A model generated the notes under the pieces. That model ran no database searches and had not been told where the DNA came from. It was given only the letters and a program-made list of their open reading frames with translations. A stretch of 35,936 nucleotides of DNA, taken from assembly GCA_050117455.1 (NCBI GenBank), contig JASFMT010000001.1:1-35936 (forward strand), in the 5' to 3' direction. Positions 15,033 through 24,620 of the stretch are shown here, in pieces (position 1 is the stretch's first letter; every line of letters starts with the position of its first letter). Made by a program: the position numbers and the translations under genes. The stretch is from Gammaproteobacteria bacterium (GTDB lineage Bacteria; Pseudomonadota; Gammaproteobacteria; SZUA-152).

Positions 15033-15782
15033 ATGTCATATAAAACTACGTCTCCAAAACGGCATCGTCGAAACGGATGGTTCACTGGCATACTGTTGTT
15101 GCTTGTGCTGAATCTGCCAGTATCTATCGTGCCGGCGGCTGAAAACACGGATCTGCAAAAAGGGCTATCTGCCTACCAGCAACGTGATTTTGATCAGGCC
15201 TGGCGTTACCTCGAGCCTTTGGCGAAACAGGGCAACTCCGAGGCGCAACGCAAACTGGGAGTGATGTATCGTCACGGCCTGGGCGTGCAACAAAACGATG
15301 AACTGGCAATCAAATGGTATCGGAAGGCGGCGGAAGGCGGCCATGTCCGCGCCCAAAACAGTCTGGGTATCATGTACCGGTTTGGCATGGGGGTAGACAG
15401 GGATGTCCTTGAAGCAGCCAAATGGCTGACAGCAGCGGCGGAGCAAGGGGATGCCAAGGCTCAGGAAAACATCGCGTTGATGTACCTTGATGGCGACGGC
15501 GTCGAGCAAAGCGATCACCAGGCGGTGGTGTGGTTAACAAAAGCCGCTGATCAGGGGCAAATGAAAGCGCAGTTAACCCTGGGTTTGATGACGTTGGCGG
15601 GCAGGGGAACTGCTGCCAGCCAGGAGCAGGGAATGGACTGGATCATGCGCTCAGCCAATCGCGGTTACCGCCCGGCGGCGGAAGCTCTGGCCAAGGCATA
15701 TGCCGAAGGACTGTATGGACTGGAAAAGGACTTGCAAAGTGCCCGCTATTGGTACCGCAAGGCGGGTAAAACGTTTAAATAA
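15033..15782 (+). CDS. secreted or membrane-anchored Sel1-repeat (SLR/TPR-like) protein
   Basis: The ATG at 15033 gives 249 aa with an N-terminal hydrophobic segment (WFTGILLLLVLNLPVSIVPAAEN). At least five Sel1 repeats follow, of the form AQxxLGxMYxxGxGVxxDxxxAxxWxxKAAxQG. Confidence 0.88.
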   Translation: MSYKTTSPKRHRRNGWFTGILLLLVLNLPVSIVPAAENTDLQKGLSAYQQRDFDQAWRYLEPLAKQGNSEAQRKLGVMYRHGLGVQQNDELAIKWYRKAAEGGHVRAQNSLGIMYRFGMGVDRDVLEAAKWLTAAAEQGDAKAQENIALMYLDGDGVEQSDHQAVVWLTKAADQGQMKAQLTLGLMTLAGRGTAASQEQGMDWIMRSANRGYRPAAEALAKAYAEGLYGLEKDLQSARYWYRKAGKTFK

Positions 15783-15838
15783 GATATATTTTGTTTTTAA
15801 AAATCACAATTAGCAAACCTGAACATTATTCGACGACT

Positions 15839-17185
15839 ATGAAAGTATTTCACCGTTATGTGCTGATGGCTTTTCTCGTTGGCGCCATGCTGTTGATGCA
15901 GGTTACAACTGTCGCGTTGGCGGGGCAGGAAGCGTTAACCGTCATTTATTCCGGTAACCTTGATGGTGAACTGGAACCCTGTGGCTGTTCCGAGGAAGGC
16001 AACCTGGGCGGTATTCTCAGGCGAACCACCACCCTCGATCGTTTAAAGGAACAACATCCCGATGCAATTGTGATTTCCGCCGGCGGATTGATTGCCAGCC
16101 AGGGTACTAATGATCATTTGAAATCCCGTTATATCCTGAAAGCGTTCACCGAACTCAACTATGATGCAGTTGGTGTGCAGTGGACAGACCTTAGCTTCGG
16201 TGATGAGTTTGCTTCCAAATACGATATTCCCTGGGTGGCCAGCAACTGGATTGCCGAGAAAGATAACGGCGATGAAGGTTTTGCCGAATCAAAAGCCATT
16301 TCACGCAAGCTAAATGGCCGCGACGTTACCATGCGGTTTTTTAGCTGGCTGGATCCGGACAGTTCGCCAACGCGGCAGATGCCCGGTGGCAAGCCGCGCG
16401 TTTATGATGACATCGGCAAACTTACCAGCACGTTAGCGGCTGCGAAAGAAGAGGGTGTGTTAACCGTTCTTGCCACCAGCTTGCCGCTGGCGATCATCCA
16501 GGAGCAAATGCCCCTGGCGAATGTCGATATTCTGTTTGTCAGGGCTGGATACGAGGTTTACGGTGAACCGAAAAAACAGGGCAATACGCTGATCCTCGAA
16601 CCCGGTTCGCGCGGAATGCGCCTGGGCAAGCTGCAACTGACACTGGATAAGCAAAATAACATTGTCAGCTGGCGCCATGAAGTGATTCCCATGCCGGAAT
16701 CAGTGCCGGAAGCGCCGCGCATGGCGGATTGGTATAAGGCCTATAACGCCGAGGTTAAAGAAGACTATCAACGCCGAGTTGCCATTCGCAAACAGCAGGA
16801 ATCCGGTGACAGCCCCTTTGCCGGCGAGGAACAATGCAAGCAGTGCCATGCCAAACAGCATAAAGTGTGGCAAAACAGCGAGCATGCCATCGCGTTTGAA
16901 GACCTGGAAATCGTGCAAAAGTCTTTTGATCCGGTGTGTATCCAATGTCACGTGGTGGGGTTTAACCAGGCAGGCGGATTCGTGGATATCAGTCTGACCC
17001 CTCATTTGATGAATGTTCAATGCGAAAACTGTCATGGAGCCGGCAAACAACATGTCACATCCGGTGGCCAAAAACCGGTCGCCAATCATGACTGGCCCAA
17101 AGCAAAAATGTGCGGGCAATGTCATGTGCAAAAACACAGCCCATCATTCAAGATTGACCAGTACTGGCCCAAAATTGCCCATTAA
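15839..17185 (+). CDS. tetraheme c-type cytochrome with N-terminal degenerate metallophosphoesterase-like domain
   Basis: The ATG at 15839 gives 448 aa with a signal peptide (VLMAFLVGAMLLMQVTTVALA). The N-terminal part begins LTVIYSGNLDGELEPCGCSEEGNLGG...AIVISAGGL. The C-terminal 115 aa carry four CXXCH motifs: CKQCH, CIQCH, CENCH and CGQCH. Confidence 0.85.
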   Translation: MKVFHRYVLMAFLVGAMLLMQVTTVALAGQEALTVIYSGNLDGELEPCGCSEEGNLGGILRRTTTLDRLKEQHPDAIVISAGGLIASQGTNDHLKSRYILKAFTELNYDAVGVQWTDLSFGDEFASKYDIPWVASNWIAEKDNGDEGFAESKAISRKLNGRDVTMRFFSWLDPDSSPTRQMPGGKPRVYDDIGKLTSTLAAAKEEGVLTVLATSLPLAIIQEQMPLANVDILFVRAGYEVYGEPKKQGNTLILEPGSRGMRLGKLQLTLDKQNNIVSWRHEVIPMPESVPEAPRMADWYKAYNAEVKEDYQRRVAIRKQQESGDSPFAGEEQCKQCHAKQHKVWQNSEHAIAFEDLEIVQKSFDPVCIQCHVVGFNQAGGFVDISLTPHLMNVQCENCHGAGKQHVTSGGQKPVANHDWPKAKMCGQCHVQKHSPSFKIDQYWPKIAH

Positions 17186-17268
17186 TATGCACTAAGCTGG
17201 TGCGGTTGTTTCGTGCCGTTTTCCAAAAATCTTTTTAAACTCCGCTTGTTCCACCTGCGAACCATATT

Positions 17269-17303
17269 GGTGCAGAACCAAAATCGCATTTTGTTGTTGC
17301 ACC
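17269..17303. promoter_or_regulatory. 35-nt imperfect palindrome upstream of amtB (possible operator)
   Basis: GGTGCAGAACCAAAAT-CGC-ATTTTGTTGTTGCACC, with 13 of 16 arm positions complementary. The outer GGTGCA/TGCACC hexamers resemble NtrC half-sites, but the spacing is not canonical. It lies 140 nt upstream of the amtB start. Confidence 0.3.
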
Positions 17304-17443
17304 GTTGCAGTTCACGGTGCTGGCTGCCTCAATCAAACCTGTGTTATAAATAGCTCCGCATTGATTAACAACAAATAACAAACACTTTCATCATTCGTTT
17401 GAGCAATCCAGTTATAACTTAACAACGACAAATTGGAGTGACC

Positions 17444-18640
17444 ATGGAAGCGCTACAATCCGGGAGTAATGTACTTTTTATTTTGTTAGGGGCCATTATG
17501 GTATTGGCCATGCACTCCGGTTTTGCTTTCCTGGAGGTCGGCACCGTCAGGAAGAAAAACCAGGTTAACGCATTGGTAAAAATCATTTCGGACTTTTCCA
17601 TATCATCCATAGCTTATTTTTTCGTGGGCTACATGGTGGCATACGGGATGAATTTTATGGATGCGGCAACAGCATTGAACGAGAAAAACGGCTATGAAAT
17701 GGTGAAGTTTTTCTTTTTGCTAACGTTCGCGGCGGCAATCCCGGCGATCATATCCGGCGGTATCGCCGAACGTGCCAAGTTTTATCCGCAGTTACTTGCC
17801 AGTTTCGTCATCGTTGCCTTGATTTATCCTTTTTTTGAAGGTATTACCTGGAACGGCAGTTATGGTATTCAATCCTGGATCGGCGAAACCTTCGGTGCGG
17901 AGTTTCATGATTTTGCCGGCTCCATCGTCGTGCATGCCATGGGTGGCTGGCTGGCATTGGCAGCCGTTGTGCTGCTGGGCGCCAGAATGGGACGATACAG
18001 TAAAGACGGTTCACCCATGTCATCGCATCCGCCATCCAGTATTCCTTTTCTCGCGTTAGGCGCGTGGGTCCTCACCGTGGGATGGTTTGGATTTAATGTT
18101 ATGTCAGCCCAGACAGTGGACGCCGTGAGCGGCCTGGTGGCGCTAAACTCCCTCATGGCCATGGTGGGCGGTGTGCTTGCCGCGTTGTTTGTGGGCAAGA
18201 ACGACCCGGGTTTCGTACACAACGGCCCGTTGGCCGGATTGGTGGCGGTTTGTGCGGGGTCCGATGTAATGCATCCGGTGGGTGCGCTGATTACCGGCGC
18301 CGTTGCCGGCGCGCTGTTTGTCTGGACATTTACCCTGACCCAGAGAAAATGGAAAATCGACGACGTATTGGGTGTGTGGCCCTTGCACGGCCTGTGCGGT
18401 GCCTGGGGCGGCATTGCCTGCGGTATTTTCGGCAGCCAGGCGCTGGGCGGTATGGGGGGTGTCTCCTTCATGGCGCAGGTGATGGGTACGGTGCTGGGTG
18501 TGGTCATTGCTCTGGCGGGTGGCTTCATTGTCTACGGTGTCATCAAGGCGGTAACGGGCATTCGCCTGAGTCCCGAAGATGAACACCGGGGCGCTGACCT
18601 CAGTATCCATAAAATTGCTTCCGAGTCGCCTTACGAATAA
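17444..18640 (+). CDS. amtB: ammonium transporter (Amt family)
   Basis: About 398 aa. The ATG at 17444 is preceded by GGAG; the track starts at GTG 17438. It is polytopic and carries Amt signatures: HSGFAFLEVG, DFAGSIVVHAMGGW and VWPLHGLCGAWGG. Confidence 0.93.
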   Translation: MEALQSGSNVLFILLGAIMVLAMHSGFAFLEVGTVRKKNQVNALVKIISDFSISSIAYFFVGYMVAYGMNFMDAATALNEKNGYEMVKFFFLLTFAAAIPAIISGGIAERAKFYPQLLASFVIVALIYPFFEGITWNGSYGIQSWIGETFGAEFHDFAGSIVVHAMGGWLALAAVVLLGARMGRYSKDGSPMSSHPPSSIPFLALGAWVLTVGWFGFNVMSAQTVDAVSGLVALNSLMAMVGGVLAALFVGKNDPGFVHNGPLAGLVAVCAGSDVMHPVGALITGAVAGALFVWTFTLTQRKWKIDDVLGVWPLHGLCGAWGGIACGIFGSQALGGMGGVSFMAQVMGTVLGVVIALAGGFIVYGVIKAVTGIRLSPEDEHRGADLSIHKIASESPYE

Positions 18641-18652
18641 TCTTGCCCAACG

Positions 18653-18692
18653 CCGGGAATCAAGGAGCAAGTCCTTGATTCCCGGTAGTTTC
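18653..18692 (+). terminator. intrinsic terminator after amtB
   Basis: Perfect 13-bp stem: CCGGGAATCAAGG (18653-18665), loop AGCAAGT, CCTTGATTCCCGG (18673-18685). A T-rich TAGTTTCTTC tail follows. It starts 13 nt after the stop. Confidence 0.7.
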
Positions 18693-18894
18693 TTCGCTGT
18701 TTTCCCTGTGGTTATTTTGTCCAAAGTGCGTTAGACTTTGTCGCCCCAAAATCAGCGGCGGGTTCGCTGGTTTGGAAAGAATTACTATCAAATCAATAAG
18801 ATGAAGTTGGCGCATGGCATGTTTGTGAACTGGGTCTTGCGATCCCATCTTGGTAATGTGCTATTCTTGCAAATAGAGGCGATTAAAGAGATAT

Positions 18895-20268
18895 ATGCCA
18901 CGAACCTTGTTTATTAAAACATTTGGTTGCCAGATGAACGAGTATGACTCGGCCAAAACGGCCGAGCTACTCAAGGAAAGTCACGGCCTGGAGCCGGCCG
19001 GCTCGGAACTACAGGCGGACGTCTTGCTGCTGAATACCTGTTCCGTGCGCGAAAAAGCCCAGGAAAAAGTATTTTCCCAGTTGGGGCGCTGGCGGGAACT
19101 GAAGGAAGCCAACCCATCCATCGTCATTGGTGTGGGTGGTTGTGTTGCCAGCCAGGAAGGGGATGCCATACGCGAACGGGCGCCCTATGTGGATCTTGTC
19201 TACGGGCCTCAAACCCTCCATCGATTACCCCAGATGCTTAGCGAACAACAACAACGCCGCGCAGCGGTGGTGGATGTTTCGTTCCCGGAAATCGAAAAGT
19301 TTGACAACCTGCCCGAACCCCGCGCGGATGGCGCCACGGCATTCGTTTCCATTATGGAAGGGTGCAGCAAATACTGCACGTTTTGCGTTGTCCCTTATAC
19401 CCGCGGTGATGAAATCAGTCGTCCTTTCGATGATGTGATCAGTGAAGTGGCAACTTTGGCGGACCAGGGGGTCAAAGAAGTTAACCTGCTTGGACAGAAC
19501 GTCAACGCGTATCGTGGCGTTATGCACGACGGTGATATGGCGGATCTGGCGTTGTTAATCCGATTTGTGGCGGCCATTGACGGCATTGAGCGCATTCGTT
19601 TTACCACGTCGCATCCGGTGGAGTTTTCCGATTCGTTGATCCAGGCCTTTGCCGAGGTACCGGAACTGGTGAGCCATGTTCACTTGCCGGTGCAAAGTGG
19701 TTCCGACCGGATTCTTGCGATGATGAAACGCGGGCACACCGCTCTGGAGTATAAAGACAGGATTCGCAAGTTGCGTGAAGCCAGGCCCGGTATCAGCCTG
19801 TCGTCCGATTTTATTGTGGGTTTCCCCGGCGAATCAGAGCAGGACTTTCAGGACACCATGAAACTCATTGAGGATATTGGTTTCGATCACTCGTTCAGCT
19901 TCGTTTATAGTCCACGCCCGGGTACGCCAGCATCAAACTTTGTCGATGACGTGCCGATAGGGGTTAAAAAGGAGCGTTTGGCCAGGTTACAGGCACGAAT
20001 CAACGAAATGTCACGCAAGATCAGTGATTCCATGGTGGGCCGTGTTGAAAAAGTCCTGGTGGAGCGACCTTCCAAAAAGGATCCCAGCCAACTGGCAGGG
20101 CGGACGGAAAACAACCGTGTGGTCAATTTTAACGGTCATTCCCGCCTGATTGGTGAATTTGTCGATGTTCGTATCACTGAAAGCCTGCCCAACTCCTTGC
20201 GCGGCGAGGTGGTACTGATCGACAGGACGGAGACCGAACCCGGTGGAGATGTTGTTCAATACGCGTGA
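18895..20268 (+). CDS. miaB: tRNA (N6-isopentenyl-A37) methylthiotransferase MiaB
   Basis: 457 aa. UPF0004 N-terminus [10 protein letters not shown]...[11 protein letters not shown], radical-SAM motif [15 protein letters not shown], and a C-terminal TRAM domain. Confidence 0.95.
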   Translation: MPRTLFIKTFGCQMNEYDSAKTAELLKESHGLEPAGSELQADVLLLNTCSVREKAQEKVFSQLGRWRELKEANPSIVIGVGGCVASQEGDAIRERAPYVDLVYGPQTLHRLPQMLSEQQQRRAAVVDVSFPEIEKFDNLPEPRADGATAFVSIMEGCSKYCTFCVVPYTRGDEISRPFDDVISEVATLADQGVKEVNLLGQNVNAYRGVMHDGDMADLALLIRFVAAIDGIERIRFTTSHPVEFSDSLIQAFAEVPELVSHVHLPVQSGSDRILAMMKRGHTALEYKDRIRKLREARPGISLSSDFIVGFPGESEQDFQDTMKLIEDIGFDHSFSFVYSPRPGTPASNFVDDVPIGVKKERLARLQARINEMSRKISDSMVGRVEKVLVERPSKKDPSQLAGRTENNRVVNFNGHSRLIGEFVDVRITESLPNSLRGEVVLIDRTETEPGGDVVQYA

Positions 20269-20281
20269 GTAGTGAGACGAT

Positions 20282-21319
20282 TTGAGTAGCCAACCACAAT
20301 CCAACAGTTTTACCCTCGAACCAACCGATAATGAACGCTTGGCCAATTTGTGCGGTCAGTTCGATGGCCACCTGCGGCAAATAGAACGGCGCCTGGGCGT
20401 TGAAATCAACAATCGCGGCAATACATTTAATGTCATCGGTGATCAGACATCCGTTGTTGCGGCCGGTGAAGTATTGAAAGAGCTGTACGCGGAAACTGAA
20501 ATGTCGCTGTTAACCGCCGGCCGGGTGCACCTGTTTTTGCAGGAGGCCGGTGTCGATGCCAGAATCGACCAGGCTCAGCAGGAAGAACCGGTCGAGGAGG
20601 TCATCATCACCACGCGCAAAGGCAAGGTGAAAGGCCGCGGCCATAATCAGCAACATTACATGAAGAGTATCCTGACCCACGATATCAACTTTGGCGTGGG
20701 CCCGGCGGGAACCGGCAAGACGTACCTGGCCGTTGCTTGCGCGGTGGAGGCACTGGAAAAAGAAAAAGTCCGGCGCATTGTTCTGGCGCGCCCGGCAGTG
20801 GAAGCCGGCGAACGGCTGGGATTTCTGCCCGGTGATCTCGCGCAAAAAGTCGACCCCTATTTACGCCCGTTGTACGACGCGTTATATGAAATGCTTGGCT
20901 TTGAACGCGTTGGCAAGTTGATCGAGCGGGATATCATTGAAGTGGCGCCACTGGCGTATATGCGGGGTCGTACGTTAAACGAATCGTTCATTATTCTTGA
21001 CGAAGCCCAGAATACCACCGTGGAACAGATGAAAATGTTTTTGACCCGTATCGGTTTTGGGTCGACGGCCGTGGTTACCGGTGATGTCACCCAGACTGAT
21101 TTACCCCGCGGCAGTCAATCGGGTTTGCGTCATGTCATTGATGTGTTAAACAGCGTTGAAGGCATCAGTTTTACCTTTTTCAAGGCCAAGGATGTGGTGC
21201 GGCATCCGCTGGTGCAGAAAATTGTCAGCGCTTACGAGCAACACGAATCATCTATAGCTGAAGCCAGAATCAGCAAGTCCAAAAGTAGTTCATCGCAGAA
21301 AGGTAATAACCAGGATTGA
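20282..21319 (+). CDS. ybeZ: PhoH-like ATPase YbeZ
   Basis: 345 aa with a TTG start. Walker A motif GPAGTGKTYLA, plus ILDEAQN. It occupies the conserved position between miaB and ybeY. Confidence 0.93.
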   Translation: MSSQPQSNSFTLEPTDNERLANLCGQFDGHLRQIERRLGVEINNRGNTFNVIGDQTSVVAAGEVLKELYAETEMSLLTAGRVHLFLQEAGVDARIDQAQQEEPVEEVIITTRKGKVKGRGHNQQHYMKSILTHDINFGVGPAGTGKTYLAVACAVEALEKEKVRRIVLARPAVEAGERLGFLPGDLAQKVDPYLRPLYDALYEMLGFERVGKLIERDIIEVAPLAYMRGRTLNESFIILDEAQNTTVEQMKMFLTRIGFGSTAVVTGDVTQTDLPRGSQSGLRHVIDVLNSVEGISFTFFKAKDVVRHPLVQKIVSAYEQHESSIAEARISKSKSSSSQKGNNQD

Positions 21320-21801
21320 GTAAATACGTTGAAGTTGACTACCAGATCGCTAAGGGAGTCCGGGAAAGCAACTATATTCCCGAGCCATCAATGGTAGAAA
21401 ACTGGATAAACCGCATATTGCAGGAACTGCGATATGCAGATCCGGCCCAGGTCAGTATTCGCGTGGTGGATGAAAAGGAAATTACCCAGTTGAATGATAC
21501 ATACCGTCAAATGCATCAGGCCACCAATGTGCTGGCGTTTCCTTACGAGCCCTTTGCCGGAGTCGATATTCCCCTGCTGGGGGACGTTGTTATCTGCGCA
21601 TCGGTAGTTGCAGAGCAGGCGCGGGAACAGGGTAAAACCCTGGAGCAGCACTGGGCGCACATGGTCACCCACGGTGTTTTGCACCTGCTTGGTTATGATC
21701 ATATCGAAGCATCAGCGGCAAAGGAAATGGAAAAAATTGAAATTGGTATCCTGGCGAAACTGAATTATCCCAACCCATATGGAGACACAAAGCTATTATG
21801 A
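21316..21801 (+). CDS. ybeY: rRNA maturation endoribonuclease YbeY
   Basis: 161 aa; the TTG start overlaps the ybeZ stop. It has the zinc motif HGVLHLLGYDH and TNVLAFPYE. Confidence 0.92.
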   Translation: MSKYVEVDYQIAKGVRESNYIPEPSMVENWINRILQELRYADPAQVSIRVVDEKEITQLNDTYRQMHQATNVLAFPYEPFAGVDIPLLGDVVICASVVAEQAREQGKTLEQHWAHMVTHGVLHLLGYDHIEASAAKEMEKIEIGILAKLNYPNPYGDTKLL

Positions 21802-22691
21802 ACGAAGACCGATCGAGATCCGCTGCCCACAAGGACGATGGGCAGCATCGCAACTGGTTTGAAATGTTAAGTCACGCATTACTGCGTGAACCCAAAGACC
21901 GCGGGGAGCTGACAAGGCTGCTGCGCGAGGCGCAGCAGCGTAACCTGCTGGATTTCGACGCGCTTTCCATGATCGAAGGTGTGCTGGAAGTGTCCGAAAT
22001 GCAGGTGCGGGATGTGATGATTCCCCGGACCCAGATGGCGGTCATCAACCACGACGAATCCCTCGAGCAGTTTCTGCCGCTCATTATCGAATCGGCACAT
22101 TCGCGTTTCCCCGTTATTGGTGATAACCGCGATGAAGTGATCGGCATTCTGCTGGCCAAGGATCTGTTGCCGCATTTCGTGCAAAAAGATAATAAGCCAT
22201 TCAATATTCGTGATCTGCTGCGCCCGGCCGTGTTTATTCCCGAAAGTAAGCGTCTCAACGTTTTGTTGCGTGATTTTCGCGCCAACCGCAATCACATGGC
22301 TATTGTTGTCGATGAGTACGGCGGCGTGGCGGGCCTGGTGACCATCGAGGATGTGCTGGAACAAATTGTCGGTGATATCGAGGATGAACACGATATCGAA
22401 GATGACCTGTTTATTATTAAACATTCCGACAGCCGTTACACGGCCAAAGCACTAACGCCCATCGATGAATTTAATGAAATGTTTTCGGTCAATTTTCCCG
22501 AGGGTGAATTCGATACCATTGGTGGTTTATTAATTCATGAATTCGGCCGTATGCCCAAGCGAGGTGAGGTGGTAACCATTGATGGTTTCCGGTTCAAGGT
22601 GCTGCGAGCTGATAGCCGCCGGATCTATTTGCTGCAAATCACACTGGTTGGCGATGACAAAAGCGATGGGGTCAAAGCCGGCGTGGCGTGA
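21798..22691 (+). CDS. corC: CBS-domain Mg/Co efflux-associated protein CorC (YbeX)
   Basis: 297 aa. The ATGA start overlaps the ybeY stop. It has a CBS pair (VRDVMIPR...), [34 protein letters not shown], and a CorC_HlyC C-terminal domain. Confidence 0.92.
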   Translation: MNEDRSRSAAHKDDGQHRNWFEMLSHALLREPKDRGELTRLLREAQQRNLLDFDALSMIEGVLEVSEMQVRDVMIPRTQMAVINHDESLEQFLPLIIESAHSRFPVIGDNRDEVIGILLAKDLLPHFVQKDNKPFNIRDLLRPAVFIPESKRLNVLLRDFRANRNHMAIVVDEYGGVAGLVTIEDVLEQIVGDIEDEHDIEDDLFIIKHSDSRYTAKALTPIDEFNEMFSVNFPEGEFDTIGGLLIHEFGRMPKRGEVVTIDGFRFKVLRADSRRIYLLQITLVGDDKSDGVKAGVA

Positions 22692-22700
22692 TACCGGTTT

Positions 22701-22730
22701 TCAACGCGAAGACGCAGGGGCGTAAAGGTC
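22701..22730. repeat. solo copy of the GCGCAAAG-type dispersed repeat
   Basis: TCAACGCGAAGACGCAGGGGCGTAAAGGTC begins 10 nt after the corC stop. It has the same TCAACGC...AAAGGT frame as the arm at 5483-5512, and I see no inverted partner nearby. Confidence 0.6.
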
Positions 22731-22960
22731 AATAAAATGACTTCTATTGGGGCTCCGTAATAAACCGGTTATTGATTGTTCGCCGTTGAAAACACGTGGC
22801 ATCAAACCCGGCCGTAGATGAAAAAGCAAAGCAAGTGATGGTATAGTCACGATATCAATGCCCGGGTCAGCCCGTGTGATAAGTACTTAATTGTAAATTT
22901 GCCTTTAAACATGGCATTGTGTCTGTCCACGAGTTCTTCAGCCGAATCTAAAATAATAAA

Positions 22961-24475
22961 TTGAAAAACAAACTCTCCCAGTACCTGCACGACTGGCGCG
23001 GCGAAGCGGCTGCGTTGGTCGCTGGTTCTGCCGTACCCCTGGCATTTGCGCCGTTTAATTTGTTTCCGCTGGTGTTTGTTGCGCTGGCGCTGTTGTTTTA
23101 TATCTGGCAAAACACTCGACGACTCAACCGGGTTTTTCTGCGTGGCTACCTGTTCGGGCTGGGCTATTTCGGTTTCGGGGTGTCCTGGGTGTCCATCAGT
23201 ATGGTGCGTTTTGGTGGCATGGGATTGCCATTGTCCATTGCGCTCACGGCACTGCTGGTATTTTTCCTGTCGCTGTACATAGCCGGCGTGGGTTATCTGG
23301 CAAAGCGGTTTTATCCTCACGCTTCGCCGCGAATTAACTTCCTGCTATTGTTTCCGTCACTTTGGGTAGTGCTGGAGTGGGTTCGCGGCTGGTTGTTTAC
23401 CGGATTTCCCTGGATTGATGTGGGTTACAGTCAGGTGCTGTCGCCGTTGGCGGGTTTATTCCCCGTTGCCGGTGTGTACGGTGTAACGCTGGCGGTGTCG
23501 GTGTGTGCCGGTTGCCTCGCGGTCTTTGCTTATGAACCACCTCGGCTGGTGATTAAAGACGGAATCTTACTTATCGGAATACTTGCTGTCAGTGGTTTGC
23601 TGATGCTGGTGCCCTGGTCGCAACCGGCCGGTCAACCCTTAACAGCGAGTCTTATTCAGGGTAATGTGCCCCAGGAAATTAAATGGATTCCTCAGCAACG
23701 TCAACCCACTATCGACCTGTATACGCGACTGACCCGCGCCAACTGGCAAAGTGATATTATTATCTGGCCCGAAACGGCGCTGCCGGCTTATTACCATCAG
23801 GCGGAAGATTTCCTCAGACAGCTGGGAGCCGAGGCCAGGCGGCACGATACCAGTATGCTCATCGGACTGCCTTACCTCGAACTTGGTGACGGTACCAAAA
23901 AATACTACAACAGTGCGGTGGTGTTAAATGATGGGGAAATCGAGTTTTATCATAAATACCATCTGGTGCCTTTTGGTGAATTCATTCCCTTGCAATGGTT
24001 GCTGGGTGACCTGCTGGCATTTATGAATATTCCCATGGCGGATTTCAGCGGCAGTCCCAGCCATGAACCGGTGGTCACCATGGCGGGGTTAAAAGGTGCG
24101 GTTTCCATTTGTTATGAAGATGCATTTGGTGAGGAAGTGATTAACGGATTGCCGGCGGCGAACTTCCTGATCAATATTAGCAATGATGCCTGGTTTGGTG
24201 ATTCGCTGGCACCCCCTCAGCATTTGCAGAAAGCCCAGGTGCGCACCCTGGAAACGGCGCGCCCCATGTTACGGGCCACGAATAACGGAATATCTGCGGT
24301 TATTGACCACCATGCCAATGTGGTTGCCAGTTTGCCGCAGTTCGAAAAGGGTGTGTTAACCACTCAATTTCAGCCCATGCAGGGAACAACGTTATACATC
24401 ATGGCGGGCAATTATCTGGTACTGGTACTGTGTTGCGTAATGTTGGTAACCGGTTACCGCTATTCCCGGCCCTGA
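22961..24475 (+). CDS. lnt: apolipoprotein N-acyltransferase Lnt
   Basis: 504 aa with a TTG start. The N-terminal polytopic region is followed by a CN-hydrolase domain (IIWPETALP, LVPFGEFIP, ICYEDAF). It lies downstream of corC, as in E. coli. Confidence 0.92.
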   Translation: MKNKLSQYLHDWRGEAAALVAGSAVPLAFAPFNLFPLVFVALALLFYIWQNTRRLNRVFLRGYLFGLGYFGFGVSWVSISMVRFGGMGLPLSIALTALLVFFLSLYIAGVGYLAKRFYPHASPRINFLLLFPSLWVVLEWVRGWLFTGFPWIDVGYSQVLSPLAGLFPVAGVYGVTLAVSVCAGCLAVFAYEPPRLVIKDGILLIGILAVSGLLMLVPWSQPAGQPLTASLIQGNVPQEIKWIPQQRQPTIDLYTRLTRANWQSDIIIWPETALPAYYHQAEDFLRQLGAEARRHDTSMLIGLPYLELGDGTKKYYNSAVVLNDGEIEFYHKYHLVPFGEFIPLQWLLGDLLAFMNIPMADFSGSPSHEPVVTMAGLKGAVSICYEDAFGEEVINGLPAANFLINISNDAWFGDSLAPPQHLQKAQVRTLETARPMLRATNNGISAVIDHHANVVASLPQFEKGVLTTQFQPMQGTTLYIMAGNYLVLVLCCVMLVTGYRYSRP

Positions 24476-24620
24476 CTTATAATAAATAATAAGTTTTATG
24501 GTAAATCGATGGGCGCCTGGCGTTTTTGTATTGCTAGCCCTGTAGCTGAGAACGCTTTTTTACCAAACCGCACGAGCTGCCGGCAAATATCATGTAAACA
24601 CTTCGCATAAGGGGCCGGGC

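Noticed and set aside
14768-15148. 126-aa minus-strand ORF covering the rsd / Sel1 spacer.
   Set aside because: It overlaps both neighbouring gene ends, and has no motif and no ribosome-binding site. The region is better explained by regulatory palindromes.
17905-18724. Minus-strand ORFs of 207 and 193 aa antisense to amtB.
   Set aside because: They are shadow ORFs of a GC-rich membrane-protein gene. Their sequences are low-complexity and rich in P/A/T/R, with no start context.
21872-22424. Minus-strand ORFs of 139 and 181 aa antisense to corC.
   Set aside because: They overlap a well-supported conserved gene and have no motifs, so they are most likely frame shadows.
22847-23320. 157-aa minus-strand ORF overlapping the lnt 5' region.
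   Set aside because: It overlaps the conserved Lnt N-terminal membrane domain, and its Q/R/K-rich low-complexity translation is a shadow frame.
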